This document shows positions 1 to 10,147 of a stretch of 64,000 bases of DNA, in pieces. Numbering within the stretch: position 1 is the stretch's first letter; each line of letters opens with the position of its first letter. Both the position numbers and the translations under genes were made by a program. Source of the stretch: Pseudonocardiales bacterium (lineage in GTDB: Bacteria; Actinomycetota; Actinomycetes; Mycobacteriales; Pseudonocardiaceae). The stretch spans positions 8,750 through 72,749 of the forward strand of contig QHBZ01000217.1 in assembly GCA_003244055.1 (NCBI GenBank), given 5' to 3'. A model generated the notes under the pieces. That model had not been told where the DNA came from and ran no database searches. It saw nothing but the letters and a program-made list of their open reading frames with translations.

Positions 1-548
1 CGTTCGGCCTTCCTGATCTCGTGAGCGCGATTTACCATCAGCTGCCGGATGCGGAGCGGCATACCCTGGCCAGCTGCCAGCGCGTATCGCTGGAGCTCAA
101 GATCGCTGAGGCCAAGCGTACGGTGAACTTCAACGTGGGCACGGCTGCATTGATCGCGGCTACACCCATCCCACTTGTTGATTCCATTCCCTTGAGCGCG
201 TTACAGATCAGCATGCTGGGCCAGATCGCCACTATCATGGGATTCAAGGTTGATCCCAGAGCCGTCGCCACCGCCTTCGCCACGGTCCTCGGTGTAGCCT
301 CTGTGGCCCGAACGGCGGCAAGCTTTTTCAAGATTTTCCCTGGTACCGGCACAACTATCAACACCACCATAGCTTCTACCACCACGAAGATACTTGGTGA
401 GGTGTTCATCAACGCGTGCGCGAATGTACTCATGCGTCAGATGGCGGGTGAGCCCATCGCCCATGATGATGTCGTAGGCGAGCTTCTCAAGGAGCTCCCC
501 ATGCTGCTCAACGGGGGCCTTCGTCGCGGCCTGGTGCCTTCGCGGTGA
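1..548 (+). CDS. DUF697/YcjF-like domain protein, C-terminal part (5' end lies outside the window)
   Basis: The frame is open from base 3. The Gly/Ala/Ile-rich segment IAATPIPLVDSIPLSALQISMLGQIATIMGF is typical of DUF697. GC3 is high. Confidence 0.55.
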   Translation, partial: FGLPDLVSAIYHQLPDAERHTLASCQRVSLELKIAEAKRTVNFNVGTAALIAATPIPLVDSIPLSALQISMLGQIATIMGFKVDPRAVATAFATVLGVASVARTAASFFKIFPGTGTTINTTIASTTTKILGEVFINACANVLMRQMAGEPIAHDDVVGELLKELPMLLNGGLRRGLVPSR

Positions 549-603
549 AGGTCTCAAGTGCGGTGACGTCTGCGCGGCGGTAGCGGCGAATTACTGGCTC
601 GGG

Positions 604-1101
604 CTACCGCGCAGCGCGCACGCCCCAGCGCAGCTGGAGCATGGCAAGCCGCAAGGCCCGTGCCCAGTCGACTACGGCCTGGGCGGCGAGACGCTCCTTC
701 TCCTCTGCGGTCAGCTGGTCGAACTCTTGCGCGATACTCGCGAACACGACATTGCTGAACGCTGCCGTGCCCGATGCCTCGACCAGGCTGCACCGGCCGG
801 CCAGCACGTCATCGACCAGCAGGCGGAAGTCGCTGTCGTCACTGTGCTCACGCAGCAGCGTGAGCGCGTCTCGAAGTCCGGGGACAGCGCCGGGTCTGCG
901 CACCCGCCGTCCATCATGGGTTCGTGGTCGGCCTTCGCCCTCGTTGGTGGTGGTAGGCGTCAGGTGGCGCTCCTGCAACTCACGGAGCACACCCAGATCC
1001 CCATTGTGCACGCCGGCCGCCTTACCCCACGCACCAACACGGCGATTGGGCGGGTGGCGTGCTGCCGCGTCCGTCGAGGCGTCGGGACTGCCGGTCGTCA
1101 C
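604..1101 (-). CDS. hypothetical protein; the acidic helical C-terminal half looks real, the start is uncertain
   Basis: 165-aa ORF. The C-terminal ~90 aa (LRDALTLLREHSDDSDFRLLVDDVLAG...EEKERLAAQAVVDWARAL) is protein-like and the N-terminal half is low complexity. Confidence 0.4.
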   Translation of the reverse strand: MTTGSPDASTDAAARHPPNRRVGAWGKAAGVHNGDLGVLRELQERHLTPTTTNEGEGRPRTHDGRRVRRPGAVPGLRDALTLLREHSDDSDFRLLVDDVLAGRCSLVEASGTAAFSNVVFASIAQEFDQLTAEEKERLAAQAVVDWARALRLAMLQLRWGVRAAR

Positions 1102-1250
1102 TGTGCGGAGTCATCGCAGCGTGACCACCGTGTGCAGGGAGTTAAGTAACCGCTCGATGATTGTGTGTAACGTTACCGCCGCGTTAAGCGAACATCTTTT
1201 GTACAGGTGGTTGACAGAGCCATCGCTGATCATGAATGGGAGATGAAGTC

Positions 1251-1388
1251 GTGACTGGCTACTTCAAGTCATTCGACCGCGCACTATCTTGGCGCGACAG
1301 GGGCGACGACTGCGACCACGGCGAGCGCCGTGAGCGCCGCCGCGGCAGCCGCCGCCGCAACCGCAGCGGCCGTGGCGGGAACTGGTAA
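1251..1388 (+). CDS. 45-aa Arg-rich small ORF (MTGYFKSFDRALSWRDRGDDCDHGERRERRRGSRRRNRSGRGGNW)
   Basis: GTG start lies 7 nt after GGGAG (1239-1243). GC3 is about 80%. The TAA stop is 6 nt before the first possible GTG of the downstream ABC exporter. The ORF is below the ORF-track length cutoff. Confidence 0.4.
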   Translation: MTGYFKSFDRALSWRDRGDDCDHGERRERRRGSRRRNRSGRGGNW

Positions 1389-1394
1389 CGGTAT

Positions 1395-3350
1395 GTGACG
1401 GCAGGGGCCTCACCTCCACGAACACGGGGGTGGGGCCCCAGCCGCCGTGATGGGAGGGACTGGCGTTCAGTGACGAAGCGGCGGGGGGAGCGTGCCGGGG
1501 GGCGCTCTTCGGCGGCCCAGGCAACGCCCAAGGAGTCGGTTGCGGCGACCCCGCCGGCTGGTATTCGGGTGATCTTCCGGTGGTTCTGGCCCGCGACCCG
1601 CCCGTACCGGGGTCGCCTGTTCGCCAGTTTGTTGCTGGTCGCCGTCGGCCCAGTCTTGGACACCGCGCAGGTCTGGATGTTCAAGCTGCTGATCGACGAC
1701 GTGCTGATCCCGCGCAACTTCCACGCCTTCCCGGCGATCGCAGCCGGTTACATCGGGATCGGCCTGGCCCAGGGACTCGGCTCGTTCTCCGATGAACTGC
1801 TGTCCGCCTGGCTGGGGGAGCGGTTCGTCCTCGACCTGCGGACCCGGCTGTTCGATCACCTGCACCGGCTCTCGGTGGACTTCTTCGACCGCCGCCAGCT
1901 CGGGGACACTCTGTCCCGGCTGACCGGCGACATCGACTCGATCGAGGCGCTGGTGCTCTCCGGCGTCACCAGCACACTGTCCTACGGGTTTGAGATCGTG
2001 CTCTTCACCGGTGCGTTGTTCTACCTGAACTGGCACCTCGCGCTGGCGGCGATGATCGCCGCGCCGGCATTCCTGGTGATCGCGCGGTACTTCTCGGCGC
2101 GGATCAAGAAAGCGTCCCGGGAGCAGCGACGGCGATCGGGATCGGTCACCGCGGCCGCCGAGGAGACCCTGGCCAACGTTGCCCTGGTGCAGGCCTACGA
2201 CCGCCACGCCGCTGAGACCGAGCGGTTTCACCGCGAGAACCTGGGCCGGTTCACCGCAGAGATGGCCGCAACCCGGCTGCGTGCCCTGTACCGGCCGCTG
2301 ACCGATCTGCTGGAAACCCTGGCTGTCGTGCTCGTGCTGGCGGTGGGCGTGTGGGCGCTGTCGCACAACCAGATCACCGTTGGCGGGCTGGTGGTGTTCG
2401 TGACCTACCTCACCAGGCTCTACAGCCCGATCCGGGGTGCGGGTCGGCTGTCCAACACGCTCTACGCAGCCAGCGCCAGCGCCGAACGCATCATCGACCT
2501 GCTCAGCCAACAACCCGACGTTCGCGAGCCCGCGAAGCCGCGTAACTTGCCCGGCGGTGCGGGAAGCAGGGCGCAGGGCTGGGTGAACTTCGATGCGGTG
2601 ACTTTCGCCTACCCTGGCGCCGCCCGCCTGGCCCTGAAGAAGATCACGTTCGCGGTCGCCCCGGGGCAGACGGTTGCGGTTGTCGGCGCGAGCGGGGCCG
2701 GCAAGTCCACGGTGAGCAAGCTGCTGCTGCGATTCTATGATCCCAGCGCCGGGCGGATCAGCCTTGACGGGTGCAATTTGCGGGACCTGCCACTGGCCAC
2801 GCTGCGCCGCAACGTCTCGGCGGTCCTGCAGGAGACGTTGGTGTTCGACGGAACCATCCGGGACAACATCCTGTGGGGTAATCCCGCCGCCACTGAGGCC
2901 GAGCTGGTGGCCGCCGCCGCGGCCGCGGACGCGCATGACTTCATCAGCGCCATGCCCGACGGCTACGACACCCGCATCGGGCAACGCGGGCGGCTGCTGT
3001 CCGGCGGTCAACGCCAGCGCCTGGCGTTGGCTCGAGCCATGATCCGGGACGCACCGGTGTTGCTGCTCGACGAGCCGACCACCGGCCTCGACGCCGGCTC
3101 CGCCGACCGCATCCTGGCGCCGATGCGCCGGCTGATGACCGGGCGGACCACGCTGGTGATCTCCCACAACCTGCTGACCGTAACCGACGCCGATCAGATC
3201 GTGTTCCTTGCTGACGGGCAGGTCTCCGAGGTTGGAACTCACCATGAACTCCTGGCCACCAGCCCCGGTTACGCGCAGCTGTACTCGCTGCACCAGCAGC
3301 GCGACAAGCCGGCCGAGGCGGACCTCCAACTGCAGCCGGAGCTGATATGA
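1395..3350 (+). CDS. ABC exporter, fused transmembrane and ATPase domains (MsbA/type I exporter-like); the real start may be GTG 1470
   Basis: Six-TM-type N-terminal region followed by Walker A GASGAGKST, signature LSGGQRQR and Walker B LLLDEPT. Confidence 0.9.
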   Translation: MTAGASPPRTRGWGPSRRDGRDWRSVTKRRGERAGGRSSAAQATPKESVAATPPAGIRVIFRWFWPATRPYRGRLFASLLLVAVGPVLDTAQVWMFKLLIDDVLIPRNFHAFPAIAAGYIGIGLAQGLGSFSDELLSAWLGERFVLDLRTRLFDHLHRLSVDFFDRRQLGDTLSRLTGDIDSIEALVLSGVTSTLSYGFEIVLFTGALFYLNWHLALAAMIAAPAFLVIARYFSARIKKASREQRRRSGSVTAAAEETLANVALVQAYDRHAAETERFHRENLGRFTAEMAATRLRALYRPLTDLLETLAVVLVLAVGVWALSHNQITVGGLVVFVTYLTRLYSPIRGAGRLSNTLYAASASAERIIDLLSQQPDVREPAKPRNLPGGAGSRAQGWVNFDAVTFAYPGAARLALKKITFAVAPGQTVAVVGASGAGKSTVSKLLLRFYDPSAGRISLDGCNLRDLPLATLRRNVSAVLQETLVFDGTIRDNILWGNPAATEAELVAAAAAADAHDFISAMPDGYDTRIGQRGRLLSGGQRQRLALARAMIRDAPVLLLDEPTTGLDAGSADRILAPMRRLMTGRTTLVISHNLLTVTDADQIVFLADGQVSEVGTHHELLATSPGYAQLYSLHQQRDKPAEADLQLQPELI

Positions 3351-4249
3351 CCACAGCGCCCGATCTTGCGGGCCGGGCGAGCAGCGACCGGGTGAGCGAC
3401 GACGGTCCTCCGGCGCACCCCGCGGGTCACCAGCTCGCGCCCGGCTACCAGGTGATCGAGCACGTGCGCCGCGGAGAGGATCTGGACAGCTACGAGGCGT
3501 GGAGCTCGCAGCGCTACTGCCGTTGTTTCATCAAGACGCTGCGGCCCGATTTCACCAGCGACGCCGCTGCCCGCCGTCACTTGCAGCGGGAGGCCCGCCT
3601 GCTGCTCTCCCTGACTCATCCGCACCTGGTGCGAGCCTACGAATACGTCAAACCAGACTCGGCGCAAGCGCCGCTGCTGATCCTGGAGAACCTCACCGGC
3701 GCAACCCTGAGCTACCTCCTCAGCGGCAGTCGGCGACGTCTCGGCACGCAAGATCTGGGCCACCTCGGCCGGCACCTGTGCTCAGCCCTGCGATACCTGC
3801 ACAGCTGCGGCCATCTGCATCTCGACGTCAAACCCAGCAACATCATCGCTTGTGACGGCGTCGCCCGCCTGATCGACCTGAGCCTGGCCCGGCCTCCCGG
3901 CCGCTGCTCCGCGGGTCTCGGCACCCCCGGCTACATGTCACCCGAGCAGGTCACCGGCGGTGTCCTCGGGCCTCCCGCGGACGTCTGGGGCATCGGCCTG
4001 GTGCTCTACCAGGGCGCTACCGGGCTCCAACCGTTCGACATTCCGGGTGACTCCGCTTCGGGCAGCGTGAACACCTCGACCTTGTCGCTGTGCCGAACAC
4101 AGCTGGCCCGCCCGGCGCCCAGGGTCCGCGCTCGACGGCGGCTACCCGCTGACGTGGCGGACGTCATCGACGCGTGCCTGCGCCGAGACCCCGACCAGCG
4201 GCCCACCCTGGAGAGCCTCGACGCAGCGCTCGCGACGCTCACCGGATAA
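3347..4249 (+). CDS. stand-alone Hanks-type Ser/Thr protein kinase domain with atypical motifs
   Basis: Motifs seen are CFIKTL (VAIK-like Lys), HLHLDVKPSNI (catalytic loop, non-RD), LIDLSLA (DFG-like) and GTPGYMSPEQ (APE). ATGA overlap with the ABC exporter stop. Confidence 0.85.
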   Translation: MTTAPDLAGRASSDRVSDDGPPAHPAGHQLAPGYQVIEHVRRGEDLDSYEAWSSQRYCRCFIKTLRPDFTSDAAARRHLQREARLLLSLTHPHLVRAYEYVKPDSAQAPLLILENLTGATLSYLLSGSRRRLGTQDLGHLGRHLCSALRYLHSCGHLHLDVKPSNIIACDGVARLIDLSLARPPGRCSAGLGTPGYMSPEQVTGGVLGPPADVWGIGLVLYQGATGLQPFDIPGDSASGSVNTSTLSLCRTQLARPAPRVRARRRLPADVADVIDACLRRDPDQRPTLESLDAALATLTG

Positions 4250-4262
4250 CGTCGGCGCCGAC

Positions 4263-5906
<1,644 letters not shown>

Positions 5907-5939
5907 CGGATGGTGTTCAAAGATCACGCGGCTCCGGGC

Positions 5940-7214
5940 CTAGCAGCGGAGTGGGTTGTGTAGTGGTGTGCGGGTGGGGTCGATGATCGCGGGTGGGATG
6001 AATTCGACGTGACCGTGGTCGATGAGGATTTCCCACCCGGTAAGATGCACATGCCGATGGTGCGCTTCGCACAGCAGGACGCAATTTTCGACTTTGGTTT
6101 CACCATCATCAATCCAGTGTCGACAATGGTGTGCCTGACACATTCCGGGTGGCCGATCACAGCCGGGGAAAGCGCACCCGCGATCTCGGGCGACGAGCGC
6201 TCGACGAATGGACAGCGGAACGGTGCGCATAGCCCGGCCCACGTCGAGGGGCTCGGATTTCCCACCCAGCACAACCGGGATAATCTTCGCGTCGCATGCC
6301 CACTGTCTAGCTTCCGCGGCGCTGATCCGGGTCCCGTAGTCCAGCGTCGCTACCCCCAGGCCGGTGCGCAGCGCGTCCCAATCGATGGTCACGGTCAGGT
6401 GCGGTGGCTCCCCAGCCGTGGTGGGGCAGTCCTGTGCGGCGCGGGCCAAGCCGCAGACCTCCAGTAGCGCGTCGGCGTTTCGCTGGCCGGTGCTGCGGGT
6501 ATCGGGGATGCCCACGGCAGCGGGTCGGGGTGCGGCGAGTTGTTCGATCAACGTCCGGAACGCGGCGCTGTGTTCGGGTTCGAGGTGTCCCTCCAGGCCG
6601 AGCCGTCCGTCGCGGCGTTCCCAGAACCGTAGTTCTCCGGCGGAGGGGGCCAGTTCCTGCTCGTCGCAGGGCTCCGGGCCGTCGGGGTCGAGGTGCGCCA
6701 GGATGCGCTGGCCGATCTTGTGCAGTGCGGTGGGGTGGAATGACCGGGCGTGGTGGGCGAGTTCGCCTTCGGCGGCGTCGCGGTCGGCGACGTTCACGCA
6801 GGCGGGGATGGCGTTCATGGTCTCGGTGATCACCCGGACCTGCCCCGGTCCGATCTCACCTGCGGCCAACGCCGCGGCGGTCTGCGGCAGCAACGGTGCC
6901 AGCACCTCACCGCCCAATGCCCGGCGCGACGCGAGTAGCCCGGCGTGGGTGACGCGGGTGCCGGCCTCGGTGGGCGACAGGTTCAGCATCCCGGCCAGCA
7001 ACTGTTTGGTATTGCGGAACCCAGCGGCGACCGCGATATTGCGGGAATCCAGTTCTGCGACGGTTTCCAGCATCACCGAATGCAGCATGCAGGAGGCCGC
7101 TTCGATATCGCGTACCTGATCCTGCAATCCAGCGTCGTCGCACTCGATGATGGCGTGACGCCACTGGTCGAGGCAGGCGACCATCGCCTGTCTCGGATCC
7201 AGCAGCGTCCCCAT
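5940..7214 (-). CDS. DUF222 + HNH endonuclease family protein (mycobacterial REP13E12-type)
   Basis: The C-terminal sequence CAFPGCDRPPGMCQAHHCRHW...CEAHHRHVH is an HNH motif and the N-terminal region is DUF222-like. Start chosen at MGTLLDP; the maximal ORF runs to 7322. Confidence 0.85.
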   Translation of the reverse strand: MGTLLDPRQAMVACLDQWRHAIIECDDAGLQDQVRDIEAASCMLHSVMLETVAELDSRNIAVAAGFRNTKQLLAGMLNLSPTEAGTRVTHAGLLASRRALGGEVLAPLLPQTAAALAAGEIGPGQVRVITETMNAIPACVNVADRDAAEGELAHHARSFHPTALHKIGQRILAHLDPDGPEPCDEQELAPSAGELRFWERRDGRLGLEGHLEPEHSAAFRTLIEQLAAPRPAAVGIPDTRSTGQRNADALLEVCGLARAAQDCPTTAGEPPHLTVTIDWDALRTGLGVATLDYGTRISAAEARQWACDAKIIPVVLGGKSEPLDVGRAMRTVPLSIRRALVARDRGCAFPGCDRPPGMCQAHHCRHWIDDGETKVENCVLLCEAHHRHVHLTGWEILIDHGHVEFIPPAIIDPTRTPLHNPLRC

Positions 7215-7492
7215 CACGGAACCATTGTCGCACCCACCCTTGACACTCTCGGGGCCCAACCAAAGCCGCCGGCAAGAAGATTTCCGGTCGCTCGTTAACC
7301 CTGGCACTCCCGAGCTCAACAACAGAGCTGTTCCACGCCAGCACTACAGCTCGGCTGTTGGGTCCGGGAGAACCAGAGCGGGACAGCAGACCACTGAGCG
7401 CAGCGATCGGTCGGGAGCCCACACCATCCAGTCAGCGCGACTTCTGCCGGCGCCCGCCATCGAGCGGACGGGATCCGCGCCGCCGTCCGATA

Positions 7493-7868
7493 TTACCGCT
7501 GGCGGGCGTATTTGGCGGTGAGTTGGGCCTGGGCCAGCACTTTGCCGGAAAGGACATGGGGCAGATCGTTGCGTGGGCTGGCGCCCTCGGCCAGACCGCT
7601 GGGCTCCGAAAGGGCGAGCAGAGTGAAGATGAAGCGGCGGGCCTTGCCGAACGGGGGAAGGGGCCGCCCCAATCCGTGCGGCCGTAGTCGTTCTTGCCTC
7701 CGACCGCCCCAGCGGGCACTTTCCTCTCCTCCAAGCCTCCGCAGGCGGGGTCGACCCCAAAGAGGACCCAGTGCACGTGGGTCCCTCCCGGGGCGTCGGG
7801 ATCTTCCAAGAGCACCCGCCGCGGATCCACCGACGAGTCAGCCGGGCGTCGCTCATCAGCGATCAGCT
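7493..7868 (-). pseudogene. PEBP/YbhB-YbcL (Raf kinase inhibitor-like) family pseudogene
   Basis: DPDAPGGTHVHWVLFGV...GKNDYGRTDWGGP continues as FGKARRFIFTLLALSEP...TAKYARQR* only after a 1-nt shift in the G5 run 7653-7657. An upstream TAG and scrambled N-terminal frames are also present. Confidence 0.6.
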
Positions 7869-8049
7869 ATGACGAACGGCTGCTTGGTGCCGCATCCACT
7901 GCATCCGGACGCCGAAGGGCCGGGCCGGGGATCACCCTGAATCACGCCCGGCGTGCACTTCTGCGCCGGTGTCGATTTCGGGGAAACTTCTTCGTCGTCA
8001 TGATGGAGGCACTCAACGCCTCCACTGACCGAACTCCGGGAGGTACACC

Positions 8050-8406
8050 GTGCAGTACCTGTTGCTGATCACCGGCGAGCAGTCCAGCGAGCCCCCGTCG
8101 CAGGCCGAGATGGACCAGATCATGGGGGAGTACTGGGCCTTCGACAAAGCTGTCGCCGATGCCGGGGTGAAGGTGTGCGGCGAGGCGTTACAGGGCTTGG
8201 AGACCGCGACTACGGTCCGGGTACGCGATGGCGAGAGGGTCGTCACCGACGGTCCGTTCGCCGAGACCCGCGAGGTGATCGGCGGCTTCTACCTGCTCGA
8301 TGTGCCTGATCTGGACGCCGCGCTGGACTGGGCGGCCCGCCGCTGTCCCGGCGCCAAGTACGGCTCCATCGAGGTGCGCCCGATCATGACCTTCGACAAC
8401 CCCTGA
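8050..8406 (+). CDS. YciI family protein (DGPF domain)
   Basis: 118 aa with TDGPFAETREVIGGFYLLDV. This is the typical partner gene upstream of a long ECF sigma factor. Confidence 0.85.
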   Translation: MQYLLLITGEQSSEPPSQAEMDQIMGEYWAFDKAVADAGVKVCGEALQGLETATTVRVRDGERVVTDGPFAETREVIGGFYLLDVPDLDAALDWAARRCPGAKYGSIEVRPIMTFDNP

Positions 8407-8429
8407 CCTTCGACAACCCTGAGACGCCG

Positions 8430-9345
8430 ATGAGCGCGCGGCGAGCAGCCGACTCCGGCAACGTCGTCGAGGCCGTGTTCCGGGAGGAATGGGGCCGGCT
8501 ACTCGCCACCCTCGTCCGGCAGTTGGGTGATCTGGACCTGGCCGAGGAAGTCGCCTCCGACGCAATCGCCTCGGCGCTGCAACACTGGCCGGTCGGTGGG
8601 GTGCCGACCCGGCCCGCCGCGTGGCTGCTGACCGTCGCGCGCCGCCGCGCGGTGGATCTGCTGCGGCAGGACCGCGCCTACGCCGCCCGGCTGGCGCTGC
8701 TGCAGGCCGAGGCCAATCGCGCGGAACCCGGACAGCTGGACACCGACGACGGCGAGGTGCCCGATGAACGGCTGCGGTTGTTCTTCACCTGCTGCCATCC
8801 CGCGCTGCCGCTGGAGGCCCAGACCGCGCTGCCGCTGCGCTGCCTGGCCGGGCTCACCACCCCGGAGGTGGCCCGCGCATTCTTGGTGCCGCCCGCGACG
8901 ATGGCCCAGCGGATCGTCCGGGCGAAACGCAAGATTCGCGACGCCCGGATCCCCTACCGGATTCCGACGTAGCGGCGCTGCCGCAGCGGCTGCCGGGTGT
9001 GCTGCGAGTGATCTACCTGATCTTCACCGAGGGATATGCGGCCAGCTCCGGTCCCGATCTGGTCCGCGCCGACCTGGCCGAGGAGGCGATCCGGCTGGCC
9101 CGGATCCTGCATCGGCTGCTACCCGAGCATCGTGAGGTCACCGGACTGCTCGCCCTGTTACTGCTGATCGACGCCCGTCGGGCCGCCCGCACCGGCCCGT
9201 CCGGCGAACTCGTCCTGCTCGCCGACCAGGACCGCGCACTGTGGGATCGCGGCCTCATCGAGGAGGGTCGGGCGCTGGTCGTTACCGCGCTGCGCGGCGG
9301 AGCCCAGGGCCCTACGCGTTGCAGGCCGCGATCGCCCGGGCGCAC
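8430..9345 (+). pseudogene. ECF sigma-70 family factor with a long C-terminal domain (YciI-associated type), disrupted and 3'-truncated
   Basis: The sigma2/sigma4 regions are intact up to IPYRIP. A 1-nt shift near 8966 (TAG at 8970) is needed to continue into DVAALPQRLPGVLRVIYLIFTEGY. A second shift near 9293-9300 is needed to reach SPGPYALQAAIARAH. The remaining ~100 aa are absent. Confidence 0.75.
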
Positions 9346-10061
9346 CTTTCTGACCCGCCGCCTAGCGTCATTGCCTGGAGCACCGGCCCGAGGCGGACGC
9401 AGCAGTGCGGGGGAGCGGGATCCAGGCGGGCGGTGAGGCCGGTGTGCGCTAGACCGTCGACGAGCCCATCGAGCAGGTGCAGGTTCATCCCGCAGACGAG
9501 TTCGGTGTACGCCTGCGCGAGCGTGTGGAAAGGGCAGTTGACGAGCGTGATGTCGCCGTCTTCGACGCGCGGCTCGAAGCCGTATGCCTCGAGCACCCGC
9601 AGTGCGGTGTCCCGGGTGTCCCGGTCGCCGGCGGCACGTAGCGCCGTTTCGCCGAGTTCCTTGCCCAGCTGGTAAGCCCGCTGGTCCAGCGTCGCCCGCG
9701 GCGAGCTCCCGGAGCGTTCGGCGTCTTCGACGGCGCCGGACAGCAGCTGGCCGGCGAGGTCGTAGCGGCGCTGGGGCAGTGACACGGCTACTTGCTGGTG
9801 CGACCGCTGGTAAAGCTTGGCCGGCCGTCCCGCGCCGGGTCCGGTGCGGCCGGTGCGGCGCTGGTAGATCACGTCGAGCAGGTCCTCGTCCACCAGGCGG
9901 TCGAGGTGAAACGCCACGGTGGTACGGGGCAGTTCCAGCGCCGCGGCGGCGTCGTCGCGACTGACCGGTTCGGGCTGGCGCACTACGTGGTCGTACAGCC
10001 GGCGACGGGTCGGCTCGTCCAGTGCGGCGATCGCGGAGATCTGCTCCTCGCGGGACTCCAT
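9312..10061 (-). CDS. winged-helix (ArsR-like) transcriptional regulator with a C-terminal Cys-containing domain
   Basis: The N-terminal sequence ALDEPTRRRLYDHVV...LELPRTTVAFHLDRLVDEDLL is HTH-like. The last ~11 codons are antisense to the sigma remnant, so the tail is probably non-native. Confidence 0.75.
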   Translation of the reverse strand: MESREEQISAIAALDEPTRRRLYDHVVRQPEPVSRDDAAAALELPRTTVAFHLDRLVDEDLLDVIYQRRTGRTGPGAGRPAKLYQRSHQQVAVSLPQRRYDLAGQLLSGAVEDAERSGSSPRATLDQRAYQLGKELGETALRAAGDRDTRDTALRVLEAYGFEPRVEDGDITLVNCPFHTLAQAYTELVCGMNLHLLDGLVDGLAHTGLTARLDPAPPHCCVRLGPVLQAMTLGGGSERCARAIAACNA

Positions 10062-10088
10062 TCTAAAACCAACTCTCGTTGACGAAAT

Positions 10089-10147
10089 ATTCGCCTACCT
10101 CTAGCGTAAGCCCATCATGGTGATAGAAGGCACGGAGGTAGGCGAAT
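10089..10147 (+). promoter_or_regulatory. 13-bp perfect inverted repeat (ATTCGCCTACCTC ... GAGGTAGGCGAAT) whose right arm covers the folE Shine-Dalgarno and ATG
   Basis: Arms are at 10089-10101 and 10135-10147. A TTGACG-N17-TAGCGT promoter-like pair sits at 10079-10107. Confidence 0.4.

Noticed and set aside
1211-1237. TTGACA at 1211-1216 as a -35 element for the small-ORF/ABC operon.
   Set aside because: No acceptable TANNNT -10 lies at 16-19 nt spacing; the best candidate, ATGAAT, is 15 nt away. It is left uncalled.
1467-3329. Very long ORFs antisense to real genes. Examples are 1467-3329, 16515-18041, 18524-19852, 49860-50846, 53154-54071, 56860-57849 and 61615-62874.
   Set aside because: Their translations are Arg/Gly/Pro/His-rich low-complexity strings with no motifs, and each is exactly antisense to a motif-rich gene. 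Stop-poor antisense frames are expected at about 70% GC.
5940-7322. The DUF222-HNH gene as a transposon or insertion sequence.
   Set aside because: No terminal inverted repeats, target duplications or transposase are visible. The family is repeated in actinobacterial genomes, but mobility cannot be shown from this window.
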